From NCBI GenBank assembly GCA_031835245.2, contig JAVKOQ020000038.1, forward strand, positions 186,001-250,000: a DNA stretch of 64,000 nucleotides, in the 5' to 3' direction. The position numbers and the translations under genes are program-made. Positions within the stretch are counted from its first letter, which is position 1. Each line of letters starts with the position of its first letter. The DNA comes from Balamuthia mandrillaris (taxonomy: Eukaryota). The notes below the pieces were generated by a model. That model was given only the letters and a program-made list of their open reading frames with translations, did no database searches and was not told the origin of the DNA. Below are positions 1 through 15,500 of this stretch, in pieces.

Positions 1-429
1 GTCGAGATCGTGCAGGCTCCACAGAAGGTGATGCTCTATGTCCTTGTCGACGGCGTAGGGGAAGTCGTTGGGCACGAAGGTGTAGTCCTCCTCCATCACG
101 GAGTTGGAGCTAGTTCTGCTTCTTCGCTCCTCGATTGCACTGGAAGGGACGAAGCGTTTGCCATCATCCTCATCGATCTGGGGCGTCAGGCCAAACTCTC
201 TGCACAACACAAAGTCCCCAACGGTCTTGTAGTCCCGCTTGAGCTCGGCCACCCGTGCCAGGTAGACCTGCAGGTCCTCCGACAACCGCCCCAGTTGGTC
301 CAGCTTCTTCTCCACCTCGATGAACCGCTTGAGCTCGTCCCACCGCAGCCGTGTGGGCCGAGTACCATCCCAAACGGACTCTTTCTTCTGCTCTCCGTTC
401 TCCATAGCGGAGGTTGATGCCCAATTCAT
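1..429 (-). CDS. DUF3605 family (yeast YPL067C/HTC1-like) protein; 3' part runs off the window
   Basis: Manual translation from ATG 429 is open to position 1: MNWASTS...LRWDELKRFIE...LGRLSEDLQVY...KRDYKTVGDFVL...FVPNDFPYAVDKDIEHHLLWS. The NDFPY...IEH.LLWS motif is typical of DUF3605. Not in the ORF track because there is no stop in the window. Confidence 0.75.
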   Translation of the reverse strand, partial: MNWASTSAMENGEQKKESVWDGTRPTRLRWDELKRFIEVEKKLDQLGRLSEDLQVYLARVAELKRDYKTVGDFVLCREFGLTPQIDEDDGKRFVPSSAIEERRSRTSSNSVMEEDYTFVPNDFPYAVDKDIEHHLLWSLHDLD

Positions 430-963
430 ATTCGCTAGCAAGAAACCGTGCGTTAACTTTTTATTTTTTTCCGGGTAATGTTTCGCGTGATGGCTTTTGA
501 TGACGTGTGACAGCACAGATCGACGTCGATCATCCAAAGAAGATTTTGTGCAAACCACCAATCAAAAATCAAAAGAAGAGATCTTCCACGTCGACAAAAA
601 TCCAGAGATCGTCCGCAAAAAATCGAACGGGTTAGCAGAAAAACCGAAAGGCCAATCAACCGTCGCCTCCACTACCTGTGTTTTATTTTATTTTTTTGTT
701 GGGTGGTTTTCTTTGTTTTATAAAGCGCTGTCAAATCTTTTTTTTTGTTGGTTTTTTTTTTTAAAAAAAGAGTGTGTAACGCTTCCTGCCTCGTGCCGCC
801 GGCTGTTGCCTCTTTTTTTTTTTGTTTTTGTTTCTCTCCTCCTTCTTTACTGCTGTACATTTATTGGGGAGGAAGCAACAAAAAAAAAACACAAAGCAAG
901 AAGAACATAAACGAGGAAAAGAAAGGCGGACTAGCGAACGAAAGTCAGAAACATACAAAGAAG

Positions 964-1469
964 ATGGAGGTGGACTTGAATACCGATCTTCTTGATGGGA
1001 TTGTGATCGATGAAGCACCGGAAGGACCTGCAGTTGCTGCAAGCAGCAGTGCTGCTTCTTCTTCGTCGGCAGATGCTTTGCCCGTTCTTCCCGTGGGAAC
1101 GATCACAGACCAACCTTTTGAGTTCGAGTTGAGAGAAATAAAAGAAGAGGAGGAGGAAGAAGCGGGGAAGAAACAAAAAGAAGAAGAGGAAGCTGCTGTT
1201 GAAGAGGAAATTCCAGAAGAAGAAGAAGCAGAAGAGGAAGAAAAGGAGAAGGAGAAAGAGACAGAAGGAACCGTGGAGGAGGAAGAAAATGATAAGGGAA
1301 AAGGCAAAGAACCTGCTGCCCCACAGGAAAGCTCGGAGGAGAAGGAACGGAGGTTGAAGAGAGAGAAGGAGGCTAAGGCTTTGCCTCCATTGCAGCCGTT
1401 ACCCGCTCCTGCTGTCAATAAGATCTTTGAAAGGCTCCCCGAAGAAATGCGGCTGTCTATCACCGATAC

Positions 1470-1509
<40 letters not shown>

Positions 1510-3031
1510 CTATCTTTCTCTCTTTCTCTCTTTCTCTCTTTCTCTCTTTCGTAAATATAATAACATGAACAAAATGGAGCAGATGAGACACCCGCTGACG
1601 AGCTTCCATTCCAACCGAGAGAGAAAAGCGTGAATCCACCCTCCAAGAACGAGAGACGAGTCGAACTGAGCTTCCCTCCACCACCCACTCCACCAAAGAC
1701 GGAGGAAGAGATGGAGAAGGAGAGGAAGCAACAAGAAAAGGAGGAGCTCGCCAGAAGGAAGAAAGAGCAAAAGGAGATCGAACAGCTCAACAAGATGGCT
1801 TTTATGGACGACAAGCAAAGGTTGAAAGCGGAGGAAAAAATGAGGAAGGAGAAGGAGAAGGACGAGAAGAAGGAGAAGGAGAAAGCTGCTAAAGCAGAGA
1901 CCTCACGAATGGCTGCCATATCCAACAGATCGGGTCAGCTGGATGCTAAGCTGAAGGAAGCTAAGCAAATAGCCGCACAAAAGGCAGAGGAGGAGTTGCG
2001 CATGCTGCGCACGCTCACCGTCACTCGCTACACACCAGAAGGCAATCAGGCCTCCGTTCAGCTATCTCAAATCGTTATTACGTTCAACCACCCTCTTCTT
2101 CCTCCTCCGGAGAAAACAGAAGGTGAAGAAGAAGAAGAAGTAGATAAAGAAGTGAAATTGGATGGTTCTTTGTTAGAGTGGAAGCCAGAGATTGAGCCGG
2201 CGCCTATGGTAGAAGGAGAGTGGTGGGTTGGTGGCACTTCGTTGGTATACAGGACTCCTTCTGGTACGCCATTGGATCAGTGCTGGGCTCGTGCGACCGA
2301 GTATAAAGTCACAGTAAGAGCTTTTTCTTCTTCTCCTTCTTTCTCCCCTCTTCCTCTTTAGTTCATTTGATTGATGATATGGCAAAACACAGGTGCCAGA
2401 AGGTGTTCAATCCAAAGCAGGAGAACTGCCAGTCCTAGGTGAAGCCTTTTCCTTCTCCTTCCGAACGCCCACCATCAAAGTAGAAAGCACCTATCCCCAC
2501 CACAACGCCACTCGCATCTCCCTTCGACCTCTCTTCTTTGTTTGCTTTGACCAAATCATCGACAGCAAGGAAGAAATACTGCAACACATTCGACTCTACA
2601 TTCCTCCCAGTGGCAGCCCCTTGAAAGCATCCTATCACGATGATCCTTCCATCAAAGAATATGCCTCGCTTCATCTGCTGAGCGAGGAGGAGGAGAAAGA
2701 GGAGCTCAACAGGCACCGCTCAGTGGTACGCCAACCATTTGACAGCAATGCTGAAGGTCGTTGGATGTGCCTTGCCTGCGATGAGGCTCTGCCTCACGAC
2801 AAGAGAGTGGTCCTGCAGATCGGCCCGGACTTGCCATCGGCGGAAGGACCTCTTCGCTCGAAGGACTGTCATGTTCTCTCTTTCCAAACGGTACCCCCAT
2901 TTGTAGTTACCCACTATCGCCACACAGGCCTGGTATCCGGCAGACAGACCCTTGCCATCACTTTCAACCAGGACATTATACCCTCTACTTCTGCCTCGTT
3001 TGGTTTTAGTGATTTGGTTCGTGTTATCGGC

Positions 3032-3068
<37 letters not shown>

Positions 3069-6000
3069 CTCTGCTTGTCCGCTCTCTACTTCTATTCTCT
3101 CTTCTCCCTCTTGTTCTTTCTGTTGCTCATTCATCTCTTGCTTCTTACGTTTAATTTCAATTACTGTTCACAATCGCAGCCATGTCTACCATACATCACT
3201 CCTGACCCAGAAGAGCATAACGAAGCACAAGGCAGCAGCTCTTCCGCTTCCTCCTCGTCCTCCTCAATCTGTGCGGGTACATGGAGCCTTTCCGCCAACA
3301 ACTCTTTGCTTTACACTCCCTATAGAGATTGGAAGAAAGCCACCGAGTTTACGGTCACTGTTCCTCCCGATATTTGTGGCTTGTATCACGCCCAGCTGCA
3401 ACCTGCCAAAACCACTGCCACCCCTGGTGGTCTCTGCAGCAAAAACCTTCAATGGAACTTCCATACCCCCACTCCCTTGTACACTCAGACCTTCCCCACG
3501 AACGGTTTGAGCAACGTGCTCGTCAACACTCCCATTTTGGTGATCTTTGACCAGAAGATACGCCCCAAGAAAGTGATAAAGCGAATGTCGGTCTGGTACG
3601 AGCAAAAGAAGCTGATGATGACCAACAAGAAGAACGTTGCATTGCAGCTGGTAAAGAGTTTGGAGGATCTGCCCTCCTCTGCTTTCTCATCGGAGCAGGA
3701 GGCCGATAGATTGAAGGACATGATTGAGAAGGCGCCCGAGAAACAGTGGGTCTTGGCAACGCCTGCTGAGCGCTTGCCCTTCGGTACTAGTTGCCATCTC
3801 CAACTTGGTCCTAAAGTACGTTCACATTTGTTAAAATTGTTTTTATGCTTTGCTGACAATAAAACTATGTTAGCTGCCATCTGCTGAAGGATCATATGCG
3901 GATCCCGACAAAATACAACATATAAACTTTTCTACTGTGTCTCGTTTCCAAGTCTCTTGTACGTACACTATGGTTATTTTTCATTTTTTTTTTGTAAAAC
4001 TTTTTTAACGTCTCTGAAAAGATGTGCAACCGGGAAACAAAGGGTACATGACCTCTCCTGCCGGACATGTTTCCGTGTTTTTCAACCATCCATTGGTTCG
4101 CTGGAAAGGAACCCATGATGACCTTGTATGTTCAGCTATTGTGTTTCACTCTGTTCGCCTTAAAAAATGATACTGATGACTTTTTATCAGGAATGGAGGT
4201 TTGAGATATCGCCTGAGCTAGAGAGTGAAGGTACTTGGAGTACACCTTCCTCCCATGAACTGAGATTTACTCCCAATTCGAATTGGGCCGGATCGACCCA
4301 ATATACTATCACCGTAATGCACTGCCTGCTTTATGTTGTTTTCCCCAGTGCTCTGCAACTGACTTTACCACTTTCTGCAATCTTCTTTTTGGTACTTCTT
4401 TCTTCGTTCTTTCTTCTTGTTAGGTACCAGCCGGTGTAAAATCTTACCTAGGAGACGAGTTGGAAGAGGAATACACGACCACCTTCACAACCTCCGTACT
4501 TGCAGTGACCCAATACTCTTACCTCCATCATGCCTCCTCCGCAAGCGTTGGAGAGATACGGGATCCGCCAGTATGGGTCTGTTTCAACCAAATCATCGAT
4601 GCAGAGCAGGTCTTGAAACAAATCTCCATGACCTATTCTGGCTCCATGTTCCGTTCCACCTCTGTTCCACTGAGGCTGATGGACTATGATGAGGTGATGG
4701 AGTGCGAGCAGGCGCAGCATCTCATCTCTGACCAGAACGAAGGCTATTGGTTGGCTTTTAAACCTGCCGAAAAGCTGCCTTTTGCCACTGATGTCACGGT
4801 TACCATTGGACCTGATGTACGCTCTTTGTTACTTCGCTTTTATTTTTCCTCCTTCAATTATTTCTTAGTGTTGCTCACTTTATATCTATCTTACAACAAT
4901 AGTTGCCATCAGCAGAAGGGCCCTTACTATCTTCTCACAAAACAACTTTTGGGTTCAAAACTATTCCCCCGTTCCTTTGTACCAGTAACGTTATCCCTCT
5001 TCTTTAGATTTTTGAAACGTTCAAGCGATCCATTCACAAGCAAAGTCAACTCATTCTTTCTTTATTTTTGTGAATAGATTCGTTGCCGCTTGGTTATGTT
5101 AGCAATGTAACTAGTACAAATGTCCGTCTTTACTTCAACCAACCTCTTGTCAATCCTTCTAACCAATCGCTGTCCATCGATGAAATGGTTCGTAATGATG
5201 TCTTTTCTGTGCTTCTAAGAAGGAGTAGCAAAGAAAGCAATCACAAACCCTAACAAACGTAATGAACTCAATCATAATTAGAATTGGCTCCCAACTCTGA
5301 GTCCTGAACCAAAACAAAAAGGAACATGGACCTTGGTCAGTGCTTACACTCTCGATTACACACCAAATACTTGGGATATGGCCACCACTTATACTGTCAC
5401 GGTTTGTTAATTTTTATTGGGAGAGAGAGAGAGAGAGGGAGGAAGGGAGAAGGCAGATGAGAGCAGAACCACAAATATGAACTAACCGATTTGCACCAAA
5501 AGGTTGATGCTGGAGTTCGTTCGTTCTATGGAGAACAATTGGACAAGTCATTTTCCTTTGAGTTCTTTACTCCTGCTGCAGAGATTGTCCGTGCGTTTCC
5601 CTGTGCTATCCCCACCTACAATTTCAACAAAGGTGCTTCTGTGGACACTCCCATGGCGCTTCTCTTCAATCAAGCTGTGGATCCCGATCAAGCCCTTGAA
5701 AAACTGAGGTACTCTCTCTTTCATCTCTTTGTTCCTCTCTCTCTCTCTCTGCTGCTCTCTATTGTTCTAAGCTCTCTTTTCTCTCATTTATAGCGTTCAT
5801 GTCAACGATGGCATGCTCTCTTTCTTGAAGAAGCCGTACGGAAGTCTAAGTTTGATCCAACCGAATGCGCTGAGCAACCATCCTGCCCTTGAAAAGTTCT
5901 ATAATGGCTTATCTGCTTCCGAACAGGCCGCCTGTGTAATGTTCAGCTGTAACAAGACGTTCCCACACAATTCAACCATTACCGTGAAGCTTGCAGCTGG

Positions 6001-9000
6001 CGTACGATACCTTCGTTCTAGTATTTCTTGCAATTCTCTTTTCTTACGTTTATTCAGCTTGCATCAAGGGAAGGATCACGAGTAGCGCCCAAAGAACAGA
6101 GCTCACAATTTAGCACTGTTGCTGCTTTCGGCGTCCAATGTATGTGTTCTAAGATCTCTCCTCAAAAACAACAACAAACTAACCTATTTCCTTGTTTTCT
6201 AGATGCTTCGCCTACTAAGGCGATTCAACATCGTCGAACGGTCGTCAAAGTCCAGTTTACTCAACCTTTGGTTCCTATTCATCAACGAGCTGACATCCAA
6301 CACCTATCTTGGCGTCCTATCATTCAACCTTTTCCATCCATGATAGAGCCACTGAGGTGCGTTTGGCGCACTTCTAAGTCCTTTCAGGACTTGAAGCAAG
6401 TCACGAAGAAGAATGGGACAGTGCTCGTATGGAAGGACGTTGAGGCGGAAGAATCGGTTCAAGCTCAGCTGGAACTTTCTCCTTCGGATGGCATTCCTTA
6501 CTTTGAAGTAAAAGTGAAATCATGCGCCAAGAATGGCTGCATTGCTGTTGGTATGTACTTTTCTTCTTCTGCTTCTTCTTCTTCTTCGTTCATCTTCGTT
6601 CTTCTTCTTCTTATTCTTATTCTTTGTCGCATTTCACATATTCTTTGTTTAGTTTTTCGAACCTTTCTTGACATTTCAATCAACAAACGAAAACACTTAT
6701 TGATAAACAGGTGTGGCATTGATAGATCTTCCTTTACACAAGATGTTACCGGGCTGGAAGTCTCATAGCTACGGTTATCACAGCGACGATGCACATATAT
6801 ATAATGACAACAAGCCAACGGAAAGTTCAGCGTTACCCAAATGGGGAGTTGGAGATGTTATCGGTTGCGGCATAGACGCTAGTAACGATGAGATTTACTG
6901 GTAGCTTTCTTTCTTCGTTGTCTTCGTCTTCTTCCTTTTTACTTATTATTGATATGATATAGGACATTAAATGGAGAGAAAATTGTGGCTCAAAAGTTGG
7001 GCAAGAAAGACAAGAAGCTTCTTCCAACTGGTTTGCATGTTTCATGACTTTTTTTTTCCAAATGATGCTAAATATTCCGTTTTTCTCTGTTAACAGTTGG
7101 TGCTGACAATGGAGCTAAACTATGGGTAAATCTTGGCTCTGCCCCGTTTGCCTATGACCCCAAAGCAAACAATTCAACACCATCTAAGAAAGGCAGCAAA
7201 AAGTCTTCTCTGTCCAAAGCGGAGAAGAAAGAAAAGAAGAACAAGAAGAAAGAGAAGAAGACCCCACGCAAAGATAAAGAGAAGGAGAAGGAGAAAGAGA
7301 AGGAGAAAGAGGAAGGTACCATTACTGAGTCAAAACAACCATCTCCAAGAGACAAAGAAAAAGACAAAGAGGACAAAGAGGAACAACCTGTATCTTCGCA
7401 ACAATCCTTATCTGCTCCTTCTTCCTCGACCACTGCTCCTCCTCCACCATCAATCACCGGAGTAGTTGCAACGCCCGTTCAACCGCCTCCAAAAGCACCT
7501 TCCAATCGTGGGGCATGGACCTTGGTCGATCACCACACCCTCCTCTTCTATCCCATGGAGCCATGGCAGAACTCAACCGAGTTCACCGTGACGGTGCCTG
7601 AAGGAGTATCCTCCTACTACCAAGACCAAAGGCTGGAAAAGCATTATAGCTTCAAGTTTACCACTCCAACCATCCGCATCTTGAAGCTACCGCTCAGCAA
7701 CACAAGACAACTGCTGGATGCTCCCATTTACGTTCGCTTCAATCAGCTCATCGATGCGCAGGAGATGATAAAGAACGTTCAGGTATCCATCAGCAAATGG
7801 AAGTTCTCCAGCTTTGCACCGGTGCGTTTGTTGAAGAAGAAAGAGATCAATCATCCTTCTGCCTTGAATCCTGCATTTGCTGGCTATTGGCTCTGCTTCA
7901 AGTGTACGGAACCGTTCCCTTATGATACTACTGTTACCGTCAAGATTGGTCCTAAGGTTTGTTGAAATAACCTCTTCTTTCTCTGATCTCTTTTCTTTGT
8001 GTTCTCACTCTAGCTTTCTCTTTAATTTTAAAATTTTCTCCCTAAATAGCTCAAGTCAATCGAGGGAACTCTGGAAACAACTCAAGAGCAAACGTTCAGC
8101 TTTACCACTATTGGTGACTTTGCAATTATAAGTGCGTCAAACAAAACCTTTCTTCTTTTGTGACGTTTCAAAGTGAACTACACCTCTAACGTTGTTATTT
8201 GGCACCTTCAAAGATGGTACTCCCAAAGGACAACAGTCCTACTACAAAGTCCCTGTCGTTTTGGAGTTTAACCAACCGCTTCTGCCACCTGGCGCTCCTT
8301 TGGATATTAACTCTTTGGTACCGTCTCTCCTTCCTTCTGTTTTTTCGGGCTAGGATCAACTTACTCTCTCTCTCTCGCTCTCTCTTTCGTAGTCATGGAG
8401 GCCAAAGATAGAACCAGAGCCATTGTCAGGAGGTTCCTGGTCTCTCCTCAACTCAAGAAAGCTGTGCTACCGCCCCGACGAGCACTGGGAGAAGTCCACT
8501 CAATACACGGTGACCGTCGATGCTGACATCATCTCCGGCTACAACGAGCCACTTAAGAAATCTTACACGCTAACGTTCAGCACGAAGACGATGCTCGTTC
8601 GCTTCGCCTATCCTCGCCATGGCAGAAGCTTGCTCGATGCAGGAATGTTCATTCTCTTTGACCAGATAGTGGATCCTGAAGCTGTGCTCGCCACTATCAA
8701 AATCTCGACCTCCTTCTTCAAGAGCTCCTATGCTCCCGTGCGCCTAATGACCAGCAAACAGGTGAAACGCAGCAACTTTGCTCATTTGGCAACGGAGGAA
8801 CTGGAGGGTCATTGGGTGGCGTTTGAAAGCACCAAGATGCTGCCGCCTAATTCCACTGTTACTGTAACTGTTGGGCCAAAGATCCCATCGGCAGAAGGAG
8901 ACGTGCCGTCAGAGTCCACTTATTCATGGCAATTCAAAACAGTGCCACGGTTCAAAGTGGATCGCTTCTTCCCAAAGAACAGCAGCACCAAGATCTATCC

Positions 9001-12000
9001 AAGGGCTCCATGGAGCATCCGCTTCAGCAATCCCTTGAACCAAACCACTTTTGATCCGAGAGCCATTACAGTGGAACCTACTCTGCCCGATTTGAATGTA
9101 TGTGTGACCTCCGGAAAGACCATTCAACTTTATAGCAGCATGCATGAAGGCGACACTGTCTATCGCGTAACTATTGTTAGCAGCGCGATCAAAGGTTTGT
9201 TCTTCTATATGTTTCTCTCGTCTTGGTCTTCTTCTAACTTGTTTTTTGCATTTCAGACGTTTATGGACAGCCATTAGGTATCGAACATGCTGAAGAGGTT
9301 GAAGACGAAGGAGATGAAGGACAAGGCAACTTTTTGATTGAGGACATTGTCTGGGAGGTGAAGGTCTGGGAACCACCAGTGCCACGTGCTCTTAAGCCCT
9401 TCCAAGACGGACTTATTGTCTACGATCCTGTCCTTTTGGCCGCCACACAACAACCACCAACATACCACATCAAAGTGTACAACTACAAAGAGTTGCGCGT
9501 CTGTTTGTATAAGTACGTTTTGTTGTTTTTCTCTCTAATGTGGTCTTTTGATACTTGTTCTAATGCTCTCTCTCAGAATGAATCCTCGTAAGCATTGGCA
9601 TAAATGGGGCACCGAGAAGAATTACAAGTCAGTAGGTGAGAACAAGTCTGATACTCACGATTACCTCGGGTATTTCCTTCCGTCTCTTTGTTGAACAATC
9701 TTTCTTATCCTTTAAGGCGAACACTTATTGTCTCTTGTCTTTCTTAGCTACGGCAAACTGGTGGCAGATGACATTGTTCCGGTGTCCAACTACCAGAAGG
9801 ACACCTATGTGGACTTCATCGTGGACCTCTCCCCTGCGCTTAAGGATTCCTCTCGTGGCGTGGGCCAAATCGCCATCGTCATAACTCCCACCAAGAAAGG
9901 GCACTATCCCAACTCGTGGAGCGATCGAGACATCGTCAAGGCATGGATCCAGCTCACCCACATCGGCCTAGATGCTTTCCAGGGCTTACAGAGCGTGCAT
10001 GCCTGGGCGACACATCTTGTCAAAGGAGGACCCCTCAAAGGAGCCAAGTTTTGGTGGCATGAACGAGAGAAGACCAAGTTTGGAGCTGGTCTTACCATTC
10101 TTGATGCTGATCAACAAATGTACGTTATCTTAAGTTGATGTTTTCTATATAATCCTCTGATACCGTTACAATGAACAAATCTTATTTATAGGAAAAAGTT
10201 GGCGGCTCTGAACCAACAAACCTCTCCACGTGGTGGCAGCAACAAACAAGGTTCACAGGCAAGAATAGCGCCAACCACCGCGTTGAGCCTTCGGCCGATG
10301 ACCCTTGAACGAGATGTGAGCGGGCCATTCCTGAGCAACAAGGAAGGTGTCGCCGTGTTGCCACACAACACCACCAAAGCAGCAACCCTCTTTGTAGAGA
10401 AGGGAAAGGATTGTGCGTTCATCACTGGCGTATCCACTTTCACTTCCCTGTCAGCTGATACCATGCTGCTCTGGCACGTCTTTGATGACAGAAGGTTCGT
10501 CTTGTGATTCTATCCCTCTCGCTCCTCCTCGTTGTTCTGTTGAAACAATCTGCTGAAATCTTTTTGGTTTTAGCATGTATCGTCCGAAAGAAGAAGTGCA
10601 CATCAAAGGCTACGTTCGCTTCTTGAAGGTTCTCTTTCCTCTCCTTTGACTCTTTTTTTAAAAAAATTAATGTTGTACCACATTTAGCGATTGTCAAACG
10701 AACATTTTGAGCGACTTGAGTTACCTTCTTTGCAGAATGTAAACTACAGAATGGTCGACCCTCGTTCCGTCGAAGTGGCTAAAGGCAGCTCCTGCCTTTC
10801 TGGCTTTGGCTCTTTTGACTTTGTGCTCAACCTTCCGGACTCGGTAATGCCTATGTCTTTTTCTTTCTTTTTCTTTTTCGTCTTGTTATTTCGCCGTATC
10901 ATACTTGTACTCTCCTTCTTAACTGAATGTATCCTATACTTTAGATAAACTTGGGAGATGTCTCGCTGCATCTAAGCTTGGAGGATCACGAGCAGACCCC
11001 CACCTATGCCCACGTTCATACCTTCCAAGTGCAAGAATTCCGGCGACCAGAGTTCGTGGCGGAGGCTTCCGTGGAGAGCAAAAACCCACACTTCCTCGAC
11101 CCCTCCAGCAAGGCTATCCTTAAAGGCAAAGCCAGCTATTATGCCGGTGGTGGCCTGCCAGACTCTGACGCCACTTGGCGCGTGGCCTCAACGGATGCCA
11201 CTTTTGCTCCCCCTGGTCTTATGGATTATGTCTTTAGCAGTCAGACAAAGTTGTTGATCAAGGAAGAGGACATCAAGCAGGTCACCTCTTCTTCTAGTGT
11301 TAGCGTCACCTCCTTTTCCTTGGTGGGTAACGATGCTGGCTCATCAAGTGACGGAGCATTGCAACTGGTCGTTCCGAAGAAACGAGTTTCTTTGGTACCA
11401 ACTCCATTCGTACACTCTTCTGCGCAACGAAGCTCCAGCGACTGCAAACGAACGGTGAAGGGCAAGACTCGCCCTTCTGGCGAACACAAGATCGAGATCC
11501 TTCTCAAGTCGGGAATACCCAATCCTCCTCGACCGCTGAGTCTGGCAGCCGTTTTGGAGGTGATGGATCTCAACCATCAGACCTTGAATGCTACCACGCA
11601 GCTGTTGCTTCACCCTTGCGTTTACTATGTGGGATTGCAGGCCCAAGAGTCTACCATTTTGATGGACAGGCCCTGCCGTATCCGCATTGTTGTCTCTAAC
11701 ATTGGTACGTTCTTTCTCTTCGTATCCTTTCTTCACCTTCTTTCTGTTGCTGACAAAACAAAAACGTTTTGAAGATGGTAAATTGGTGGCCGGAGTGCCA
11801 GTCTATTTGACCCTCACTCGTTGGGTACGAAAGCCCTATTACAGACAGAGCAGCAGCTCTCCTTCACCGCCGCCCCCACCAATACATCAAGCAATGGTTT
11901 ACCGTACACCGCATCTGCCGTCTTCATCTTCCTCAATGATGGACATCATACCATCACAAGTACCTAGCGCATGGGAGGACATAACGGTTGATAATAAGAC

Positions 12001-12507
12001 ACCAAACTACCAAAAACATGTGGTTATATCCGGCTCCAAACCAATCGAATATGAGTTGAACTTCAGCAGCAGCAATAGCAACGATTCGTTGGTGCTCTCT
12101 TGCGACATTCATGCTTTGGTGGAAGATGGTGAGGGGCGCAAAAATGCCGCAGAGCTTTCTTTGCCAGTTCAGTCTTCAGCGCCGTCATTGCCCCCTTCTC
12201 CAACCTCTTTATATCCTTCTGTCCCTCCGCCAGCGCAACAACAACAGGACAAGGAGTTCGAGGTGATTGCGGAGGAGACTCTTGTTATCACAAGCGACAA
12301 GACTTCCTATAGAATTGGAGAAACCGCAGAGTTGCTTATTCAGTGTCCCTTCGCACCTGCTGATGGTTCGTTTTTTTCAAAATTATATTTCTTTCTCTTC
12401 TCATAACCTCTCTAAACAACATCATTGTTATAGCTTTGGTGACTGCTAGGTGCAGAGGTATCGTCAAAACCTTTTTGTACAAACTTAAGTCAACTTCTGA
12501 AGGTCCT

Positions 12508-12541
<34 letters not shown>

Positions 12542-15500
12542 CTCGCCGTTAGTTTTAACTTTGGAAACTCTTCAGTTGTTAGAGTGCCCATATTGGAGGA
12601 GTACGCGCCATCCATCAACATTCAGGTAGATACGGTTGGTCTTGCCAAGCGCTCTAACTTAGACAACAAGGAAGAGGAGAATGCTCCGCCTCGCCCTGCT
12701 CTCGCCACTGCCACCATTGAGCTTATTGTGCCTCCTGTACGCTATTCTTCTATCCGTTTTCTTTTATATCTTCCTGTTCTTTTACCGATGGTACTTATTA
12801 TAAAAAACCTAGACAACACGAGAGTTGACTGTAACAGTAACTCCGCAACACACCAAAGTAATTCCTGGCGGAGAGACCGTCGTCGCCGTTCGAGTTACCG
12901 ATCACAAAGGGCAAGCCATCAAGCGAGCTGCTGAAGTGGCGATTGTTGTGGTGGATGAGGCTGTTTTAGCCCTGAGCAACCATTCCTTATCAAACCCGCT
13001 GCAAACCTTTTATCCCACTCGACCCATCGAAACCAAACGCCAACGCTATGCAAACAGAACGCATATCAGCGTAGAGGTACATTCTCTCTCTCTCTCTCTC
13101 TCTCCCTCCCTCCCTCTCTCCCTCCCTCCCTCCCTCTTCTTTTGTTTTTTAACTTATTTATTGTTGTCGTTCTGTTTATAATGGTTTATTTAACATTTGT
13201 TACTTAAACTTTCACATGTAGAAATGGGACAACAAACAATTGGATCCACCAACTCTTCACTTGGAGCAATTGACGGCAGATTGGTCCGATGATGAGGAAG
13301 TAGCTCTCTCCGACGATGAGATCGATGTTGCTCAGTTGATAGAGGCAATCAAGGACGAGGAGGAGACCTGGCCGGAGCCTCAACTGGAGTCAGAACCTGT
13401 GGATAACGTCAAAGTGCAATACAGCAGCGATGAAGAGATTGCCGATCAAGAAGAAGAGGAAGAAGACCAAGAATACTTTAATGAGTACGGTGCAGATGAA
13501 GAACAAGAATGCTTGGAGAAGCTTGCAGAATGTGCTTTTGATGATGGAATTTGTCTCGAAGAAAAGAAGTGCGCAGAAGGAAGTAGACAAAGAAGAGCAT
13601 CGTCCCCACGTTCCAGTGGCCGTGGTGGTGGTGGTCCTCATTTACAAAGGATGTTGCACTCTTCAGGAATACCTCCACCTCCACGGAGTTCATCATTAGC
13701 CTACGACATGGCTGGTGGTTGTCCGCCGCCACCCCCTGCAGGCGCACCATGTGCCTCAAATGCCTCACTGATGATGCCATCCTACAGTGCATCTCCTTCT
13801 TCTTCTTTTGCTAAAAGGGAATGCGAGAAAATGGATTCATTTGCTCCTATGGCGCAGATGGAATGCGCTAGCTTCGCAAAGAGTGCAGCGCCAAGAAAGG
13901 CGATGAAGAAGGGTGGCTTTGGCATTAGCTTGCCTGCTCCTTCCCTTCCCTCCTTTAGTAGAAGTTCTGCTGCCCCTGTCCGCCAGAGGAAAGAAATGAA
14001 GAAAAAGTACCTCCTTCTTTCCTTCGCCGTTTGTTTTGTTTCTTCTTCAGGTTGTCTTTGATGTTGACTAACTGGATTGGTTGTTTGAGCAGGTCCATCG
14101 CTAAAGACAAGTCATTTAGCAGAGCAAAAAAAATGGAGCGCAATGCAAGAGCAGAATCTGATGATGACTGTGAAGAAGCAGATGAAGAAGAAGAGTACGA
14201 GGGAGAAATGCTGGCAGATGCAGAAGAAGAAGTGTGTCCCATAATCGCCGTTCGCAGCAACTTCAATCCATTGGCCAACTTCACGGCAAGCGTTTTGGTG
14301 GACGACGAAGGCAAAGCTCAAATAGACGTAAAGATTCCCGACAGTCTTACTCGCTACAGGTTCATCTCTCTTGTTTTGTTCTCTCTTGTTCTTTCTGTTG
14401 CTTCACCTCTTCTTGTGTTGCTCACATTACTTTTTGAAACAGAATATGGGCAGTTGCAGTGAGCAGAGATGGAAAGAGCTATGGACTCGGCGAGAACCTC
14501 ATCATCGCTCAGCTTCCTTTGGTCGTTCGCTGCACTCCTCCACGCTTCCTCAACTTTGGAGACAGCTTCGAGCTGAGCATCATCATCCAAAACCAACTTG
14601 AACAAACTCTTGACATTGACATAGGCATCAGAGTCAGTCATCACGTTGAGATCATCACGTCGGAAGAAGAAGACGGAACAGAAACAGGCATTCGTGAGAC
14701 TGGTTTCAAGGGACACGTCATCGGCGAAGGAAGACGTCTTGTCACTGTACCAATGCGCACAAAGTCCGTTGGCATGGCTTGTTTCCAGGTTCTTGTTCTT
14801 CTTCTTTCTTCTTCCTCTCTTTTGTTGCCCTTCTTCAACTTCTAACACCCTACAACAAACCGTTTCCTCTCGTAGGTGAGCTGTTCTTCAGGCAAATACG
14901 GTGATGCAGCCAACGTACAAATCCCAATCTATCCACCGGCCACAGCTGAGTCCTTTGCTCAATACGGCAGCCTGCCAGGGGACGTGGAGGTCATCCAAAA
15001 ACAGATCACCAAGCCAGCGGGAGCTCTCCCTCAGTTTGGCGCTCTGGAGCTCTCCGCCAGCAGCACCATGATGCAAGGCCTCCTTGACGCTGTGTATTAC
15101 CTCTACAGCTACCCCAACGAGTGCTGCGAACAGATCTCGTCCAAGCTGCTGGGCTTGGTGGCTTTGCATGACGTGTTGGACTCTTTCCCTAGTGACAAGC
15201 TGCCGAAGAGAAAGGAGCTGAAGAGCTTGGTCTCTGCCGATCTGAAGAGGCTGAAGAAGAGGCAGAGCAAGAACGGAGGATTTGGAATGTGGACCGCTCA
15301 CTCCACAGTAGAGTATGTTGTTTTCTCACTTATTAAGTTTATAGCACTTTTCTCACCTTTTTCACTCCACAGTCCATTCGTAAGTTGTCATGTGGCACAT
15401 TGCCTTGGATTATGTAAGGCCAAAGGCTTCGGTTTGCCTTTCTTCATTGAGAGCAGAATCGTATCATACTTGAAGGACGTTCTCTTCAGCGACATTCGCA

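Noticed and set aside
10..417. Plus-strand 135-aa ORF
   Set aside because: Antisense shadow of the minus-strand DUF3605 gene.
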